Assembly: GCA_963769255.1 (NCBI GenBank) | Contig: CAVYKV010000002.1 | Span: forward strand, 448,942-512,941 | Length of the DNA: 64,000 bases | Direction: 5' to 3' | Source of the DNA: an uncultured Actinomycetota bacterium | Lineage (GTDB): Bacteria; Actinomycetota; Acidimicrobiia; Acidimicrobiales; Bog-793 | Part shown: one piece after another, positions 9,921 to 19,823 of the stretch | Numbering within the stretch: the stretch's first letter is position 1 | How the letters are laid out: each line of letters opens with the position of its first letter | Notes under the pieces: model-generated | What the model saw: the letters and a program-made list of their open reading frames with translations, nothing else | Databases searched by the model: none | What the model was told of the DNA's origin: nothing | Program-made: the position numbers and the translations under genes

Positions 9921-10388
9921 TCATGACGAAGGCGTCGCCTCCAGCGTCAGGTCCCAGTTGCAGCTCGTCGTGATACCGAAGCTGTACTTGCCGCCGGCCA
10001 CGTAAGGCTGTTGCCCGCCGCCACCGAGGCCGTCCTGCTTGCTCACGGTGACAGCCGAGTGTCCTGACTCGATCGACGTGAGCTCGAAGGGTGCCTTGCG
10101 CGTCGGCTTCTGGCAGTCGAACCGCCACATGACGGTCCACTTCGACGGCAGCGTCACGGCCGCTACCCGCTTGTCCCCTTTTCCTGAGGTGATGAAGTAC
10201 GTCTTCGGGGGCACGGTCGTGGACGTGGTGGAGCCGGCAGTTGAGCCCGCCGTCGTGGACGGCGCCGCCACCGATCTCGTCGTCGTACCGGCTGGCGACG
10301 ACGTGCACCCCGCCGCCACCGCGGCGAGCAGAGCCGACGCCACGAGTGCGCCAGCCCGCATTCTCCCTGAACCGCCTCGAGAAAGCAT
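9921..10388 (-). CDS. putative lipoprotein
   Basis: Hydrophobic stretch ending in lipobox AAGC, Ser/Thr linker, small beta domain. Confidence 0.7.
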   Translation of the reverse strand: MLSRGGSGRMRAGALVASALLAAVAAGCTSSPAGTTTRSVAAPSTTAGSTAGSTTSTTVPPKTYFITSGKGDKRVAAVTLPSKWTVMWRFDCQKPTRKAPFELTSIESGHSAVTVSKQDGLGGGGQQPYVAGGKYSFGITTSCNWDLTLEATPSS

Positions 10389-10566
10389 CACCGTCCCACC
10401 TCTTGCTCCATCCCGCACGCGTCGTAGACGCCGGAGGTCATTGTGACGTCAGGAGCCTGTCGAACGAAGGGCCGTTGGACCCGTTGTCGGACGCCAGAGG
10501 ACCAGCCGACGGGGTGCGGGTGACGGTGAGGGTGAACGCCCGGATGAGTCGAGTGCCTGGCGTGAG

Positions 10567-11322
10567 CTACGGCTCCTCCGGTGTCGGCGCCTTCAGGCCG
10601 ATGGACCGGAGGAGTTGGACGAAGGTGGCGGCGTTGCGTGGTGCGCATCCACCCGTGTCGTTGTTGAAGTAGGCGTACACATCCGGGCCGTCCCCGAACA
10701 TCGACTCGAGACGCGTCGCCCAGCGTTGCAGGGCGCCGCGCCCGTAGCTCGGGCGGGGAGTGGCCCTTCCCTCATGGAAGCGCACGTACCCCCAGTCCGC
10801 CGTCCGCCATTCCGGTGTCCTCAGATGCGGGGAGTCGACGAGGCAGTAGGCGGCGCCATGCTCCTGCAGGACCTCGGCCGTGGAGTCGACGAACCAGGAC
10901 GGGTGCCGCAGTTCGACGGCGACGCGGACCCCGGCCGGAAAGCACTTGAGAGTCTCGTCCAGCGCGTCGAGGTCGACGCTCAGCGTTGGGGGCAGCTGCA
11001 ACAAGACGGGGCCGAGCTTGTCACCGAGAAGCTCAGCCCGGTCCATGAGGCGGTGCACCGGTTCTCGCGGGTCCCGCAGCCGCTTGATATGGGTGAGATA
11101 GCGGCTCGCCTTCACCGCCACGACGAAATCCCCCGGCGTGCGCTCCTTCCATGACTCGAAGACGCTGCGCTCGGGTAGCCGGTAGAAGGCATTGTTCACC
11201 TCGACCGTGCTGAACCGTACGGCATATTCCTCCAGCCAGTGGTCCTTGCGGACCTCTGCGGGATAGAAGTTCCCCTTCCAACTGGCGTACTGCCAACCTG
11301 AGGTGCCGACGAAGACAGGCAC
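10567..11322 (-). CDS. DUF72 family protein
   Basis: VGTSGWQY, VEVNNAFY, ELRHPSW, YVRFH, YFNN motifs. Confidence 0.95.
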   Translation of the reverse strand: MPVFVGTSGWQYASWKGNFYPAEVRKDHWLEEYAVRFSTVEVNNAFYRLPERSVFESWKERTPGDFVVAVKASRYLTHIKRLRDPREPVHRLMDRAELLGDKLGPVLLQLPPTLSVDLDALDETLKCFPAGVRVAVELRHPSWFVDSTAEVLQEHGAAYCLVDSPHLRTPEWRTADWGYVRFHEGRATPRPSYGRGALQRWATRLESMFGDGPDVYAYFNNDTGGCAPRNAATFVQLLRSIGLKAPTPEEP

Positions 11323-11384
11323 GGTTCAGCGGCGCGACAGTAGGCGGGAGGCGAGGAACGGCACGGGCGAGTGATACCCCGATC

Positions 11385-12950
11385 TCAGTGCTTGAACGCC
11401 TGCAAAGCGGTCTGGCCGGCGACGAACATCATGCCGTCGCCCGCCCCCGGCGTGGCGAAGTGCTCGACCGGCTTCACGCTGAGTGCGACCTCCACCCTGC
11501 CCGTCACGGGGTTCATGCCGTAGAGGTCGGAAGGCCCGCCACCACCGTCGGCCCCGGTGCCGAGCGCCCATACGAGACCTCCGGCGATGATGGGCGGGCC
11601 GTTCGGACCGGCTGCCGACCATTTGATCGAGAACGTCGGGTGCGTGCCATGGTTCACCCAGAGGGCCACCGTCCCGCTCGGGCACGGCACGTAGAGGTAC
11701 GTGTGCTTCTTACCGTTCACGCTGAGCACAGTGGCGGCGTCGGCGCCGAACACGAACCCGTCGCCGGGACACACCCGCCCGCTGAACAGCGGCCGCCCAT
11801 GGCCACCGAGGGCGGCGGCGTTCATCAGGTATCCGGTGCTCACCCCGTCGGCGGCGCCTTTGCCGATCTCGAACACGTAGTCGCTGTTGGGCAGCAGGAT
11901 GGGTCCTCCGGAGCCGAGGTCGAGATCCTCGGCGTTTCGCTGCGCCCAGTCACGAGGGGCGAAGAAGCTGTCGATACGAAGCTGCGATGACAGACCGACG
12001 ACGGAGTCGCCGTAGTCGTACGGGGAGCCCGGCCCGTTTGCAGAGTTGCCGGTGGCGACGAAAAGCTCGCCGGAGGCATTCGTGGCCGCTCCGTCCGTCG
12101 CCCAGATGGCACCCTCGCGAGCGGTCGGTACCTTGAAGTACTGGTAGGCGGCTCCTTTCTCCGTCAGCGACAGCACGTAGCCCTGGTAGCTGCCGCAGTC
12201 GCCGTCGAGACCGCCGAACTCGGCGTACACCCGGCCCTTCGAGAGGGTGAGGGCCGATCGCTGTTGCTCCGCCGGGATGACGTAGGTGCGCCCGGCGTGC
12301 GGGGGGTCGATGTCACGGTCCCAGAGGACGCTGACCTTGTCGTCGCTGAAGTGCACGGCGACCATCACGTGCTTGATGCCCTGCCAGGGCGGGTGCTGGA
12401 TGCTGCCCGTCTGCACCTCGCCGGCCACGAAGAGGTCGTTCGTGGCGGGATCGATGACCGGCGTGCCCGTGATCCCGAGAGGACTGATGTCGCCGCAGCC
12501 CTTCCCGAGCGTCGGCGCCCGATCGACGATGGCCGTCGTCGTGTGGCGGCCGATGGAGAACTTCCAGGCGAGCTTGCCCGAAGTGGCGACGAAGGCATAG
12601 ACCTCGTCGAGCTCCGTGGCAACGATGACCAAGGGTCCGTCCACGAGTGGCTCGCCGTAGATGCCGCCGGAGAGGTCGCGACTCCATGCGTGGCGCAGAT
12701 GAGCGAACGAAGGGTCGGCGGTGTCGAGGCCGTCCCGGGCGTTGTCGTACCCGTAGGTCAGGAGTTGCCCGACCGTTCGTACCTCCCGGCCAGTCGTGCC
12801 GGCGTGGCTCCCGGCGGCCATCGAGGGCTGTCCGAGGACGAGAAGCGCTGTGACGACACCGACGATGACAGCAATGGAGAGTCGGTACCGACTGCTGCTC
12901 GCACCGGAGCAAGGCGCCCCCGCTCGGCTGTTGCTCTGGCCGCCAGTCAT
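11385..12950 (-). CDS. secreted PQQ-like beta-propeller protein
   Basis: Signal/TM; TYGYDNARDG, GITGTPVIDP, DLDLGSGGP, FATP motifs. Confidence 0.8.
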   Translation of the reverse strand: MTGGQSNSRAGAPCSGASSSRYRLSIAVIVGVVTALLVLGQPSMAAGSHAGTTGREVRTVGQLLTYGYDNARDGLDTADPSFAHLRHAWSRDLSGGIYGEPLVDGPLVIVATELDEVYAFVATSGKLAWKFSIGRHTTTAIVDRAPTLGKGCGDISPLGITGTPVIDPATNDLFVAGEVQTGSIQHPPWQGIKHVMVAVHFSDDKVSVLWDRDIDPPHAGRTYVIPAEQQRSALTLSKGRVYAEFGGLDGDCGSYQGYVLSLTEKGAAYQYFKVPTAREGAIWATDGAATNASGELFVATGNSANGPGSPYDYGDSVVGLSSQLRIDSFFAPRDWAQRNAEDLDLGSGGPILLPNSDYVFEIGKGAADGVSTGYLMNAAALGGHGRPLFSGRVCPGDGFVFGADAATVLSVNGKKHTYLYVPCPSGTVALWVNHGTHPTFSIKWSAAGPNGPPIIAGGLVWALGTGADGGGGPSDLYGMNPVTGRVEVALSVKPVEHFATPGAGDGMMFVAGQTALQAFKH

Positions 12951-13202
12951 GTTGGGTCACCTCCCGGATGCTCTCCAAGCCTCCGCCGGCTCTCTCCGAG
13001 CACAGTAGGGCACTCCCCGCCGGAAGCGTCGTCGTCCCGTGATCAGCCTGGGGGCGCCGCCTCGGGCGAGGACCGAAGTCGACCGAGGTCGTCTGTCGCC
13101 GCCGCTGCGACACGACCGCGTCACGCATGTGCTCGATCGCAGGGACGCATGCGCCGACGTGGTGGGTTTCCCGGGGCGGCGGGCCTCGGCAATGATGCCC
13201 GT

Positions 13203-13499
13203 GTGACCAGCTCCCCTCCCCCGGACCTGAGCGAGATTCGCGAGCGCCTCGATGTCGTCGACCGCCGGCTCGTGCAGGTGCTGCTCGAGCGCTCTCAGCT
13301 CATCGAAGAGGTCATCCACTTCAAGCGAGCCCACGGCATGGCCGTGATCGACCGGCCGCGGGAGGACGCCATGCTCGACCGGATCGAGGCTACCGCCACC
13401 GCCGTCGGGCTCGATCCTCGCATCGCCCGGCAGGTGCTGCGCGCCGTCATCGATGCCTTCACGCTCCTCGAGGTGGAGCACCTCGGGCCGGACGCCTGA
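13203..13499 (+). CDS. chorismate mutase type II (AroQ)
   Basis: LSEIRERLDVVDRRLVQVLLER...K...DRPRE. Confidence 0.85.
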   Translation: MTSSPPPDLSEIRERLDVVDRRLVQVLLERSQLIEEVIHFKRAHGMAVIDRPREDAMLDRIEATATAVGLDPRIARQVLRAVIDAFTLLEVEHLGPDA

Positions 13500-13505
13500 G
13501 GGCGT

Positions 13506-15317
13506 TCACGGGATCGACCGCGACGGGCAACCGGCAGCCCACGAGTCGACGCCGCTGTGGGCGTCCCAGCCCTCCTTGTTGCCGAGCTGCCACTGCCGGA
13601 GGGTGAGGAAGCTCGTCGCGGGGAGTGCGAAGTTCCCGTTGACGGTGTCGCCCGCCTGTGAGAGGCGTTCGTAGTCGTTGCAGTCGATGGGGTTCGGTCC
13701 GGAACGGGGGAGGTTGTCGACCTCGAGGAGCGGGTTGAAACGGTCCGCCTGCCTCATGCCCTCGATCGTGTTGTGCCAGATCTCCACGTGCGACCAGATG
13801 CCGCCCAGATCCACGACCGGCATTCCGTCGGAAGGCGTGAGGAAGTGCTGGCTCTCGTTCTGGAGCACGTTGTCGTGTACATAGACATCCGAGATGCTCG
13901 CCCCCCGGCCAAAGGCATCGACGTAGAGGGCATACGGGTCGTGGCCCGCCACCGCCGACGAGCCGGGCTGTCCCGGGGGATTCGGGCCTCTGCTCGGATC
14001 TCCTTGCGACGTGCCGGGGTCTTCGCGCACCACGTTGTCCGAGACGAGGAGATGGTCCGTCTCCTTGTGCGGGGTTTCGACGTCGAGATCGATCCCCTGA
14101 TCGGTGTTCCACACCGTGTTGGAGCCGAACCAGATGAACGACGCACCGTCGTCGTAGAGCCCGGCGGCGTTCTCCGGGAGCGGCTTGCAGGAACCCGTGG
14201 CGGCGTCCCAGCTCCCGTAGGCGGCGTTCGACCACGTGTCAATGTTGTAGACGGTGTTGTCGTCGAGGTAGCCGTGAGTCGCCTGGGCGCCGCCGGTCTC
14301 CCATCCGATCGTGTCGATCCCGATGTTGTCGGCGTCGTCGACAATGTTGCGCGCCACGAGGAAGTCACGCACGGCGCCGTTCACCGTCATCGTCTCGCTC
14401 TCGCCCGTCCGGGTGTCGGTGACCGTGTTGCCCTCGATCACGACGTGTTGCAGTTGCTGCGATGCGGTGCTCCCCGCCGCGATGACGGCAATGCCGTAAG
14501 CGTCGACGCCGGTGTTGTTGCACAACGACCGGCTGCGGTGGTTCTCGTCGGCGGTGTTGGCGATGCCCGACACCCGGTTGTCGAGGATGTAGATGTCGCT
14601 GCAGGCACCGCCGTGCCAAAAGCACTCGGACAGGTGGGAAGCGGCGTGTGAGTTGGTGCTCTGCGTGTCGCTGCGAGTCGTCACGTAGATGCCGGCAGGC
14701 GATTCGCCCGTGCCGTCGAAGTGGTAGCCCTCCACCGTGAGGCCGTAGATCTCGACGCTGCGGGAGTCGACGATGCTGATTCCTCCGGCATCACCCCAGT
14801 ATTCGTTGCCTTCGACGTCCTGTGACCGGACCGTGCCGAGCTCGAGGCGGGCGCTCGAGTGCGGGGCCGGGGCGATCTCGAGCAGAGCGGGCGCCGTCTT
14901 GGACCAGACGTGCAGTGGCTGGCGAAACACCCCCGCCAAGCAGACGACGGTCTCGCCGGTGAGGGTGTTCTCGTGCGCTGCGACCCATCGGTTCACCGAG
15001 GTCGAGGTGGCGCCGCGCTGAGAGTTGAACGTGATGGCGCAGGCACGAGGCCGCCCGATCGGCGACCCGGTGGGGGTGGCGGGGTTCGGGATGAGGCCGT
15101 CCCCGTCCGTCGGCGCACGTCCGGACGGCTCGAGCGGGAAGTCGGCGGCCGACACCGGAGGGGGAGGCTGCCTGACGACGGCCACCGGAGCGGCGACGAC
15201 CCCCGAAACCCCGACGATGCATGCACCCGGGAGGGCGACGAGGAGGCAGGCCGTGAGGGCGCGCCAGAGCCGGCCGTGGTACCGGGCGCTCCTTGCTGGG
15301 GAACCCCTCTGGTTCAG
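13506..15317 (-). CDS. secreted right-handed parallel beta-helix protein (probable CTG start at 15317)
   Basis: Repeated xIxxNxV beta-helix rungs; in-frame signal-like peptide upstream of the GTG at 15185. Confidence 0.75.
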   Translation of the reverse strand: MNQRGSPARSARYHGRLWRALTACLLVALPGACIVGVSGVVAAPVAVVRQPPPPVSAADFPLEPSGRAPTDGDGLIPNPATPTGSPIGRPRACAITFNSQRGATSTSVNRWVAAHENTLTGETVVCLAGVFRQPLHVWSKTAPALLEIAPAPHSSARLELGTVRSQDVEGNEYWGDAGGISIVDSRSVEIYGLTVEGYHFDGTGESPAGIYVTTRSDTQSTNSHAASHLSECFWHGGACSDIYILDNRVSGIANTADENHRSRSLCNNTGVDAYGIAVIAAGSTASQQLQHVVIEGNTVTDTRTGESETMTVNGAVRDFLVARNIVDDADNIGIDTIGWETGGAQATHGYLDDNTVYNIDTWSNAAYGSWDAATGSCKPLPENAAGLYDDGASFIWFGSNTVWNTDQGIDLDVETPHKETDHLLVSDNVVREDPGTSQGDPSRGPNPPGQPGSSAVAGHDPYALYVDAFGRGASISDVYVHDNVLQNESQHFLTPSDGMPVVDLGGIWSHVEIWHNTIEGMRQADRFNPLLEVDNLPRSGPNPIDCNDYERLSQAGDTVNGNFALPATSFLTLRQWQLGNKEGWDAHSGVDSWAAGCPSRSIP

Positions 15318-15913
15318 CTGCCGCTCGTCGGGCCGTAGAGATCGAGGATGATGGAGTCCACGAGCCGAGTGCTCACGGTGTGGTCGAGCTCGCCGGTCTC
15401 ACGCAGCTCACGGATCGACGGCACGGGGTCGGGGTCGGCGAACAGCTGCTCGTCGGTCTGGTCGATCGGCCGGCCGGTCGGGTCGACGACCCACCACGAC
15501 GCCTCGAGGGCGATGCCCGTCGGGTCGCTGAAGTAGATGGAGCGCATGAAGCCGTGGTCGACGACGTCGGTCACCTCGCAGTCGTGACTCTTCAGACGGT
15601 CACGCATCCTCAAGAGGGCGGCCTCGTCCGGCAGGTTGAGCGAGAGGTGGTCGAACTGCGATGCCGCCTCGTACGGAACGCCTGCCGGCTTCGCGTAGGT
15701 CGCCAGCTTCTGGTGGTGATACTCGAAGAAGGCCACAGTGTTGCCCGGACCCACCTCGAAGAAGTAGTGGCGAAACGCCGGTGTCCCCAGCGTCGCCACG
15801 ATCCGGGCGTCGAGAACGCCGTGCCAGAAACGGACCGTGGCGTCCATGTCCGGCGTGATGAGGGCGAGGTGGTTGACGCCTCGCCAGTACACGGTGTCGG
15901 GAGTATCGGCCAT
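15314..15913 (-). CDS. VOC/glyoxalase family protein
   Basis: GVNHLAL, FDHLSL, SIYFSDPTGIALE; TAGCCT -10 six nt before the ATG. Confidence 0.9.
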   Translation of the reverse strand: MADTPDTVYWRGVNHLALITPDMDATVRFWHGVLDARIVATLGTPAFRHYFFEVGPGNTVAFFEYHHQKLATYAKPAGVPYEAASQFDHLSLNLPDEAALLRMRDRLKSHDCEVTDVVDHGFMRSIYFSDPTGIALEASWWVVDPTGRPIDQTDEQLFADPDPVPSIRELRETGELDHTVSTRLVDSIILDLYGPTSGS

Positions 15914-15976
15914 CGACACAGGCTACGACGGCCGGGCTCGATTGAACACCCCCAACGCGCACCCGTCCGCTAGAGT

Positions 15977-15990
15977 CGAACATATGTTCG
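15977..15990. promoter_or_regulatory. LexA (SOS) box overlapping leaderless start of HNH gene
   Basis: Perfect palindrome CGAAC-ATAT-GTTCG; -10 TAGAGT at 15971. Confidence 0.8.
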
Positions 15991-17996
15991 TGTCCGCACT
16001 GGGCTTCGGGTCCATCCTGTTGGCTCTCGAGGACTTCGTGAGCACCTTCGAGCCTGGCGAGTACGCCCCCGGCGACGTACCGGTGCTCTTGTCGAAGCTG
16101 GCGAGGGCCGAGAAGCTCTGCGGGGCCGCCCGCCTGTTGCTCACGCGCCGGGCGGCCGAGCTCGCCACGGCCGAGCGGGCGGGGGCGGCCAACCCGGTGC
16201 GCTTCCTCGCCGGCGAGAGCGGGGAGGGCCTCGGCATCGCCCGCCGTGACCTGGAGACGGCCGGCCGTCTCGCCTCCCGTCCCGAGCTCGAAGGGGCGCT
16301 TCGCCGAGGCGAGCTCTCCCCCGCCCAGGCTGCCGTCCTGGCACCTGCCCTCGCCGCAGATCCGGCAGCCGCCCCCGAGCTGCTGGCGGCCGCCTCCTCC
16401 GAACAGCTGCAGGATCTGAAGGGGCGATGTCGGTCCGTCATCGCCGCCTCCCTGTCGGAGGAGGAGGCGAGTGCCCGCGCCGCCCGCCTTCATGCCCGGC
16501 GCCACCTGAGTTTCTCCACCACGTTCGAGGGAGCTATCGCCATCTCGGGCGAGCTCCCCCCGGTCGAGGGGTCGGCCGTGCGCTCTGCACTCGAGGCCCT
16601 CGCCGGCGAGGTCTTCGCGAACGCACGCCGCGAGGGTCGGCGGGAGGGGCACGGCGCCTATCTGGCCGACGCTCTCGTCGAGCTGTGCCGACGGGGCCCT
16701 TCCTCCGGCCCGCGCGCCCGACCCGAGGTCGTCCTCCACGTGAGCGCCGAAGCACTGCGACGGGGACGGCTCGAAGGGAAGGAGCTCTGCGAGATCCCGG
16801 GTGTCGGCCCCGTCCCCCTTTCCACGGCCGAGGATCTCCTCGGCAGCGCCCTCGTGAAGGTGGTGGTGCGGCGCGGGGTTGACATCGTGTCGGTCACGCA
16901 CGCCGGCCGGTGGATCCCTGCCCATCTCGAGACGGCCCTGCAGGTGAGGGACCGACGGTGCGTCGTGCCGGGGTGTGGCATCGACTATCGGCTCGAGCGC
17001 GACCACGTACTCGAGTGGTCGAAGGGTGGCCAGACCGAGCTCGGCAATCTCGCCCTCCTGTGCCGGGCGCACCACCGCCTCAAGACCCTCGGCTACTTCA
17101 GTCTGTCCGGCGGCCCCGGGAGCTGGTGCTGGCGGCAGCGCCGGGCCGTGCCGGTGGATCTCGGCGAGCGCTCTGCCGCCCCTCCCCCTCCGGAGCCGGC
17201 ACCTGCCGTGTCGGAGGGGGCGGCGGGCGTGCAGCAATCCTTCGTGTGCGCCTTCGGTGGAGTCGAGGTCGTGGTGCACCTCGGGACCGGTGTCCTTCCC
17301 ACTGGCGCCGGCGCCCCTCGATACGCTCTGGCCCACCATGACCACCGGCATCACCCCGCGCGAGACGAGCCAGGTCAGGCCGTCGGGCAACGTCCTGTTC
17401 ATCACGGTCGACCAGTTCCGGGGCGATTCGATGTCGGCGCTGGGGCACCCCCTCGTCGTCACGCCGGCGCTCGACGCCCTGGCCTCGCGGGGGGTGCTGT
17501 TCGCGAATCATTGGGCGAACGCCGCTCCGTGCGGGCCGAGCCGGGCGAGCTTGTACACGGGCATGTACATGCAGAATCACCGTTCGGTTCACAACGGTAC
17601 CCCGCTCGACGCCCGCTTCACGAACATCGCCCTCGAGGCACGGACAGCCGGCTACACCCCGGTGCTCTTCGGGTATACGGACACGAGCGTCGACCCGAGG
17701 ACCGTGCCCGCCGGCGACCCCCGCCTGCGCACCTACGAGGGGGTCCTGCCCGGCTTCCTCCCCATCGTGAACGACCCGTACGAGCCGGACGGCGTCGGGC
17801 GGCAGTGGGCGGCGTGGCTTTCGGCTCGGGGGAGGGACGTCCCGTCGGATCTGCGCCGCCTCTACGAGCCCGATCTCTCGTATCCCGGGGCTTCCGAGCA
17901 CGGCTCGTCCTGGGCGCCCACCCGCTTCTCGGCCGAGGAGACGGAGTCGGCGTTCCTCACCGACCAACTGATCGGCTGGCTGGAGGCGAACGGTGA
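15984..17996 (+). CDS. DUF222/HNH endonuclease (13E12-like); true 3' end uncertain, probably ~17200-17341
   Basis: RDRRCVVPGC...DH...W.KGG.T...NL.LLC..HH motif; ADALVEL. Confidence 0.8.
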   Translation: MFVSALGFGSILLALEDFVSTFEPGEYAPGDVPVLLSKLARAEKLCGAARLLLTRRAAELATAERAGAANPVRFLAGESGEGLGIARRDLETAGRLASRPELEGALRRGELSPAQAAVLAPALAADPAAAPELLAAASSEQLQDLKGRCRSVIAASLSEEEASARAARLHARRHLSFSTTFEGAIAISGELPPVEGSAVRSALEALAGEVFANARREGRREGHGAYLADALVELCRRGPSSGPRARPEVVLHVSAEALRRGRLEGKELCEIPGVGPVPLSTAEDLLGSALVKVVVRRGVDIVSVTHAGRWIPAHLETALQVRDRRCVVPGCGIDYRLERDHVLEWSKGGQTELGNLALLCRAHHRLKTLGYFSLSGGPGSWCWRQRRAVPVDLGERSAAPPPPEPAPAVSEGAAGVQQSFVCAFGGVEVVVHLGTGVLPTGAGAPRYALAHHDHRHHPARDEPGQAVGQRPVHHGRPVPGRFDVGAGAPPRRHAGARRPGLAGGAVRESLGERRSVRAEPGELVHGHVHAESPFGSQRYPARRPLHEHRPRGTDSRLHPGALRVYGHERRPEDRARRRPPPAHLRGGPARLPPHRERPVRAGRRRAAVGGVAFGSGEGRPVGSAPPLRARSLVSRGFRARLVLGAHPLLGRGDGVGVPHRPTDRLAGGER

Positions 17997-18930
17997 TGAG
18001 CCGTTCTTCGTGCACGCCTCCTTCATCCGCCCGCATCCGCCCTATCGCAACCCTGCCGGCTACCACGACCTCTACTCGGCGGAGGACGTGCCCGCCTTCG
18101 TGGCCCATCCGACCCGTGAGGCCGAGAAGGCCGTGCACGTGTTCAATGCCGCCCTCCTCGACATCCGGCCGCTGCGGGCGCCCGACGACGAGCGGGAGCG
18201 CCGCCAGTTGCGAGCGACCTACCACGGCATGCAGCGGGAGGTGGACGACCAGCTCGGACGGCTCTTCGGGTGGCTCGAGGAGGCAGGCCTCGCCGAGGAC
18301 ACCCTCGTCGTCCTCACGAGTGACCACGGCGAGATGGGTGGCGACCACTGGCTCTTCGAGAAAGGGGGCTATTGGGACGAGAGCTACCGGATCCCCCTCA
18401 TCGTGAGCGACCCCCGGCCGGCGGCCGGCGCCACACGAGGTCTCGTCGTCGGCGACGTGACGGAGTCCGTCGACGTGATGCCGACCATCCTGTCCTGGAT
18501 CGGGCTGGGCGCACCGTCGCAGGCGGACGGCTGGCCGCTCACGCCGTTCATCGAGGAGGGGCGGGCACCGGAGCACTGGCGCACCGAGGCGCGCTTCGAG
18601 TGGGACTTCGGCCACCCCGTGCTGCGGGCCGCCGAGCGGCTCTTCGGCATCCCGTCGGCCCACTGCGCCCTGAACGTGCTGCGCTCCGACCGCTACAAGT
18701 ACGTGCAGTTCGCCACCGAACCGGATCTCCTGCCGCCTCTCCTCTTCGACCTCGGGGCCGATCCCGGTCAGCTGACGGACGTCGCCCGGGATCCCGGGTA
18801 CCGGGACGCCATGCTCGAAGCCGCCCAGGCGCTGCTGCGTTGGCGGATGCGCAATGACGAGCGCACCCTCGCCAACCACTTCCTCGACTCCGAGCAGGGG
18901 CTCGTCGTTGCCTCCGACTCCTGGCGCTGA
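17338..18930 (+). CDS. sulfatase family, phosphonate monoester hydrolase-like
   Basis: NVLFITVDQ, CGPSRASLYTG, RPHPP, SDHGEMGGDH. Confidence 0.9.
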   Translation: MTTGITPRETSQVRPSGNVLFITVDQFRGDSMSALGHPLVVTPALDALASRGVLFANHWANAAPCGPSRASLYTGMYMQNHRSVHNGTPLDARFTNIALEARTAGYTPVLFGYTDTSVDPRTVPAGDPRLRTYEGVLPGFLPIVNDPYEPDGVGRQWAAWLSARGRDVPSDLRRLYEPDLSYPGASEHGSSWAPTRFSAEETESAFLTDQLIGWLEANGDEPFFVHASFIRPHPPYRNPAGYHDLYSAEDVPAFVAHPTREAEKAVHVFNAALLDIRPLRAPDDERERRQLRATYHGMQREVDDQLGRLFGWLEEAGLAEDTLVVLTSDHGEMGGDHWLFEKGGYWDESYRIPLIVSDPRPAAGATRGLVVGDVTESVDVMPTILSWIGLGAPSQADGWPLTPFIEEGRAPEHWRTEARFEWDFGHPVLRAAERLFGIPSAHCALNVLRSDRYKYVQFATEPDLLPPLLFDLGADPGQLTDVARDPGYRDAMLEAAQALLRWRMRNDERTLANHFLDSEQGLVVASDSWR

Positions 18931-18945
18931 GACGAGCGCCTGGGC

Positions 18946-19521
18946 TCAGCGAAGCCGAGGCAAGGCCCTCACCGGCGCCCGACGTGAGCGCACGATCTCG
19001 TCGATGAGCCCCAGCTCCAGTGCCTCGGCAGCACTGAGGTAGCGGCCCGACGCGCAGGCCGTCGAGATCGCCTCCACCGGCCGGCCCGTCGCGTGCGCCA
19101 GGCGCTCGTGGTATCGCAGGAACGCCTGCTGGTGGTACTCGAGGTGCGACGCCACCTGGCTGGCGGGCGCCTCGAAGGCGGCGTCCGGGTCGGTGAGCCG
19201 AAAGCGCGTGTGCTCCATGCTGAGGCGCCGGTTGCACACGGCGGCCACGAGCGCCGCCGCACCCTCCACGCGCCCGAAGCAGGTCACCTCGACGGGGACG
19301 CCGAGGCAGTCGATCACGTCGACGACGGCGAAGGCGGCCTCGAGCGAACCGCCCGTGCTGTCCAGCTGCAGCTGCACCCCGTCGTCGCCCGTGGCGTCGA
19401 GCGTCATCAGCTGGGAGGCGATGCGCGTCGCCATGGCATCGTCGAGCGTGCCCCGAAGGACGACGACCCGCCGGTCGAACAGATGCCCCTCCAGCCAGTC
19501 GCCCCGCTCGTCCGAACCCAT
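18946..19521 (-). CDS. catalytically inactive ClpP homologue (ClpR-like)
   Basis: ClpP fold motifs (RVVVLRG, LDSTGG, YLSAAEALELGLIDEI) but Ser, His and Asp positions read G, T and G. Confidence 0.8.
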   Translation of the reverse strand: MGSDERGDWLEGHLFDRRVVVLRGTLDDAMATRIASQLMTLDATGDDGVQLQLDSTGGSLEAAFAVVDVIDCLGVPVEVTCFGRVEGAAALVAAVCNRRLSMEHTRFRLTDPDAAFEAPASQVASHLEYHQQAFLRYHERLAHATGRPVEAISTACASGRYLSAAEALELGLIDEIVRSRRAPVRALPRLR

Positions 19522-19796
19522 CACACGTCCTCCTCCATCGGCTTCAGGTGCCACTCCAGCTCGTGCGAGAGCGCTGCCGCGTACCGCTCCAACGTCGACA
19601 ACCGGATGTCGGTCTCCCCCGACTCCAGCCTGGCCACGGCCGACTGCGAGGTCCCCATGCGGGCAGCCACCTCCGTCTGCGTCAGCCCGAGATCGACCCG
19701 GCGGGCCTCCAGTTCGGCGACGAGATCATGACGGCGTGCCGCCATCTCTCGAAACCCCGGAAACACCGGCTCATGCCGTCGCTGTGACATGCTCAT
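19521..19796 (-). CDS. XRE-family HTH regulator
   Basis: [24 protein letters not shown]; TGATG coupling to the downstream gene. Confidence 0.9.
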   Translation of the reverse strand: MSMSQRRHEPVFPGFREMAARRHDLVAELEARRVDLGLTQTEVAARMGTSQSAVARLESGETDIRLSTLERYAAALSHELEWHLKPMEEDV

Positions 19797-19801
19797 CTCG
19801 T

Positions 19802-19823
19802 TCTCGATATCTTATATTCGAGA
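19802..19823. promoter_or_regulatory. inverted repeat operator over divergent promoters
   Basis: TCTCGA-N10-TCGAGA around an AT-rich core holding -10-like hexamers on both strands. Confidence 0.5.

Noticed and set aside
12951-13202. Possible riboswitch in the PQQ-protein / chorismate mutase spacer
   Set aside because: No recognisable aptamer motif; likely just divergent promoters
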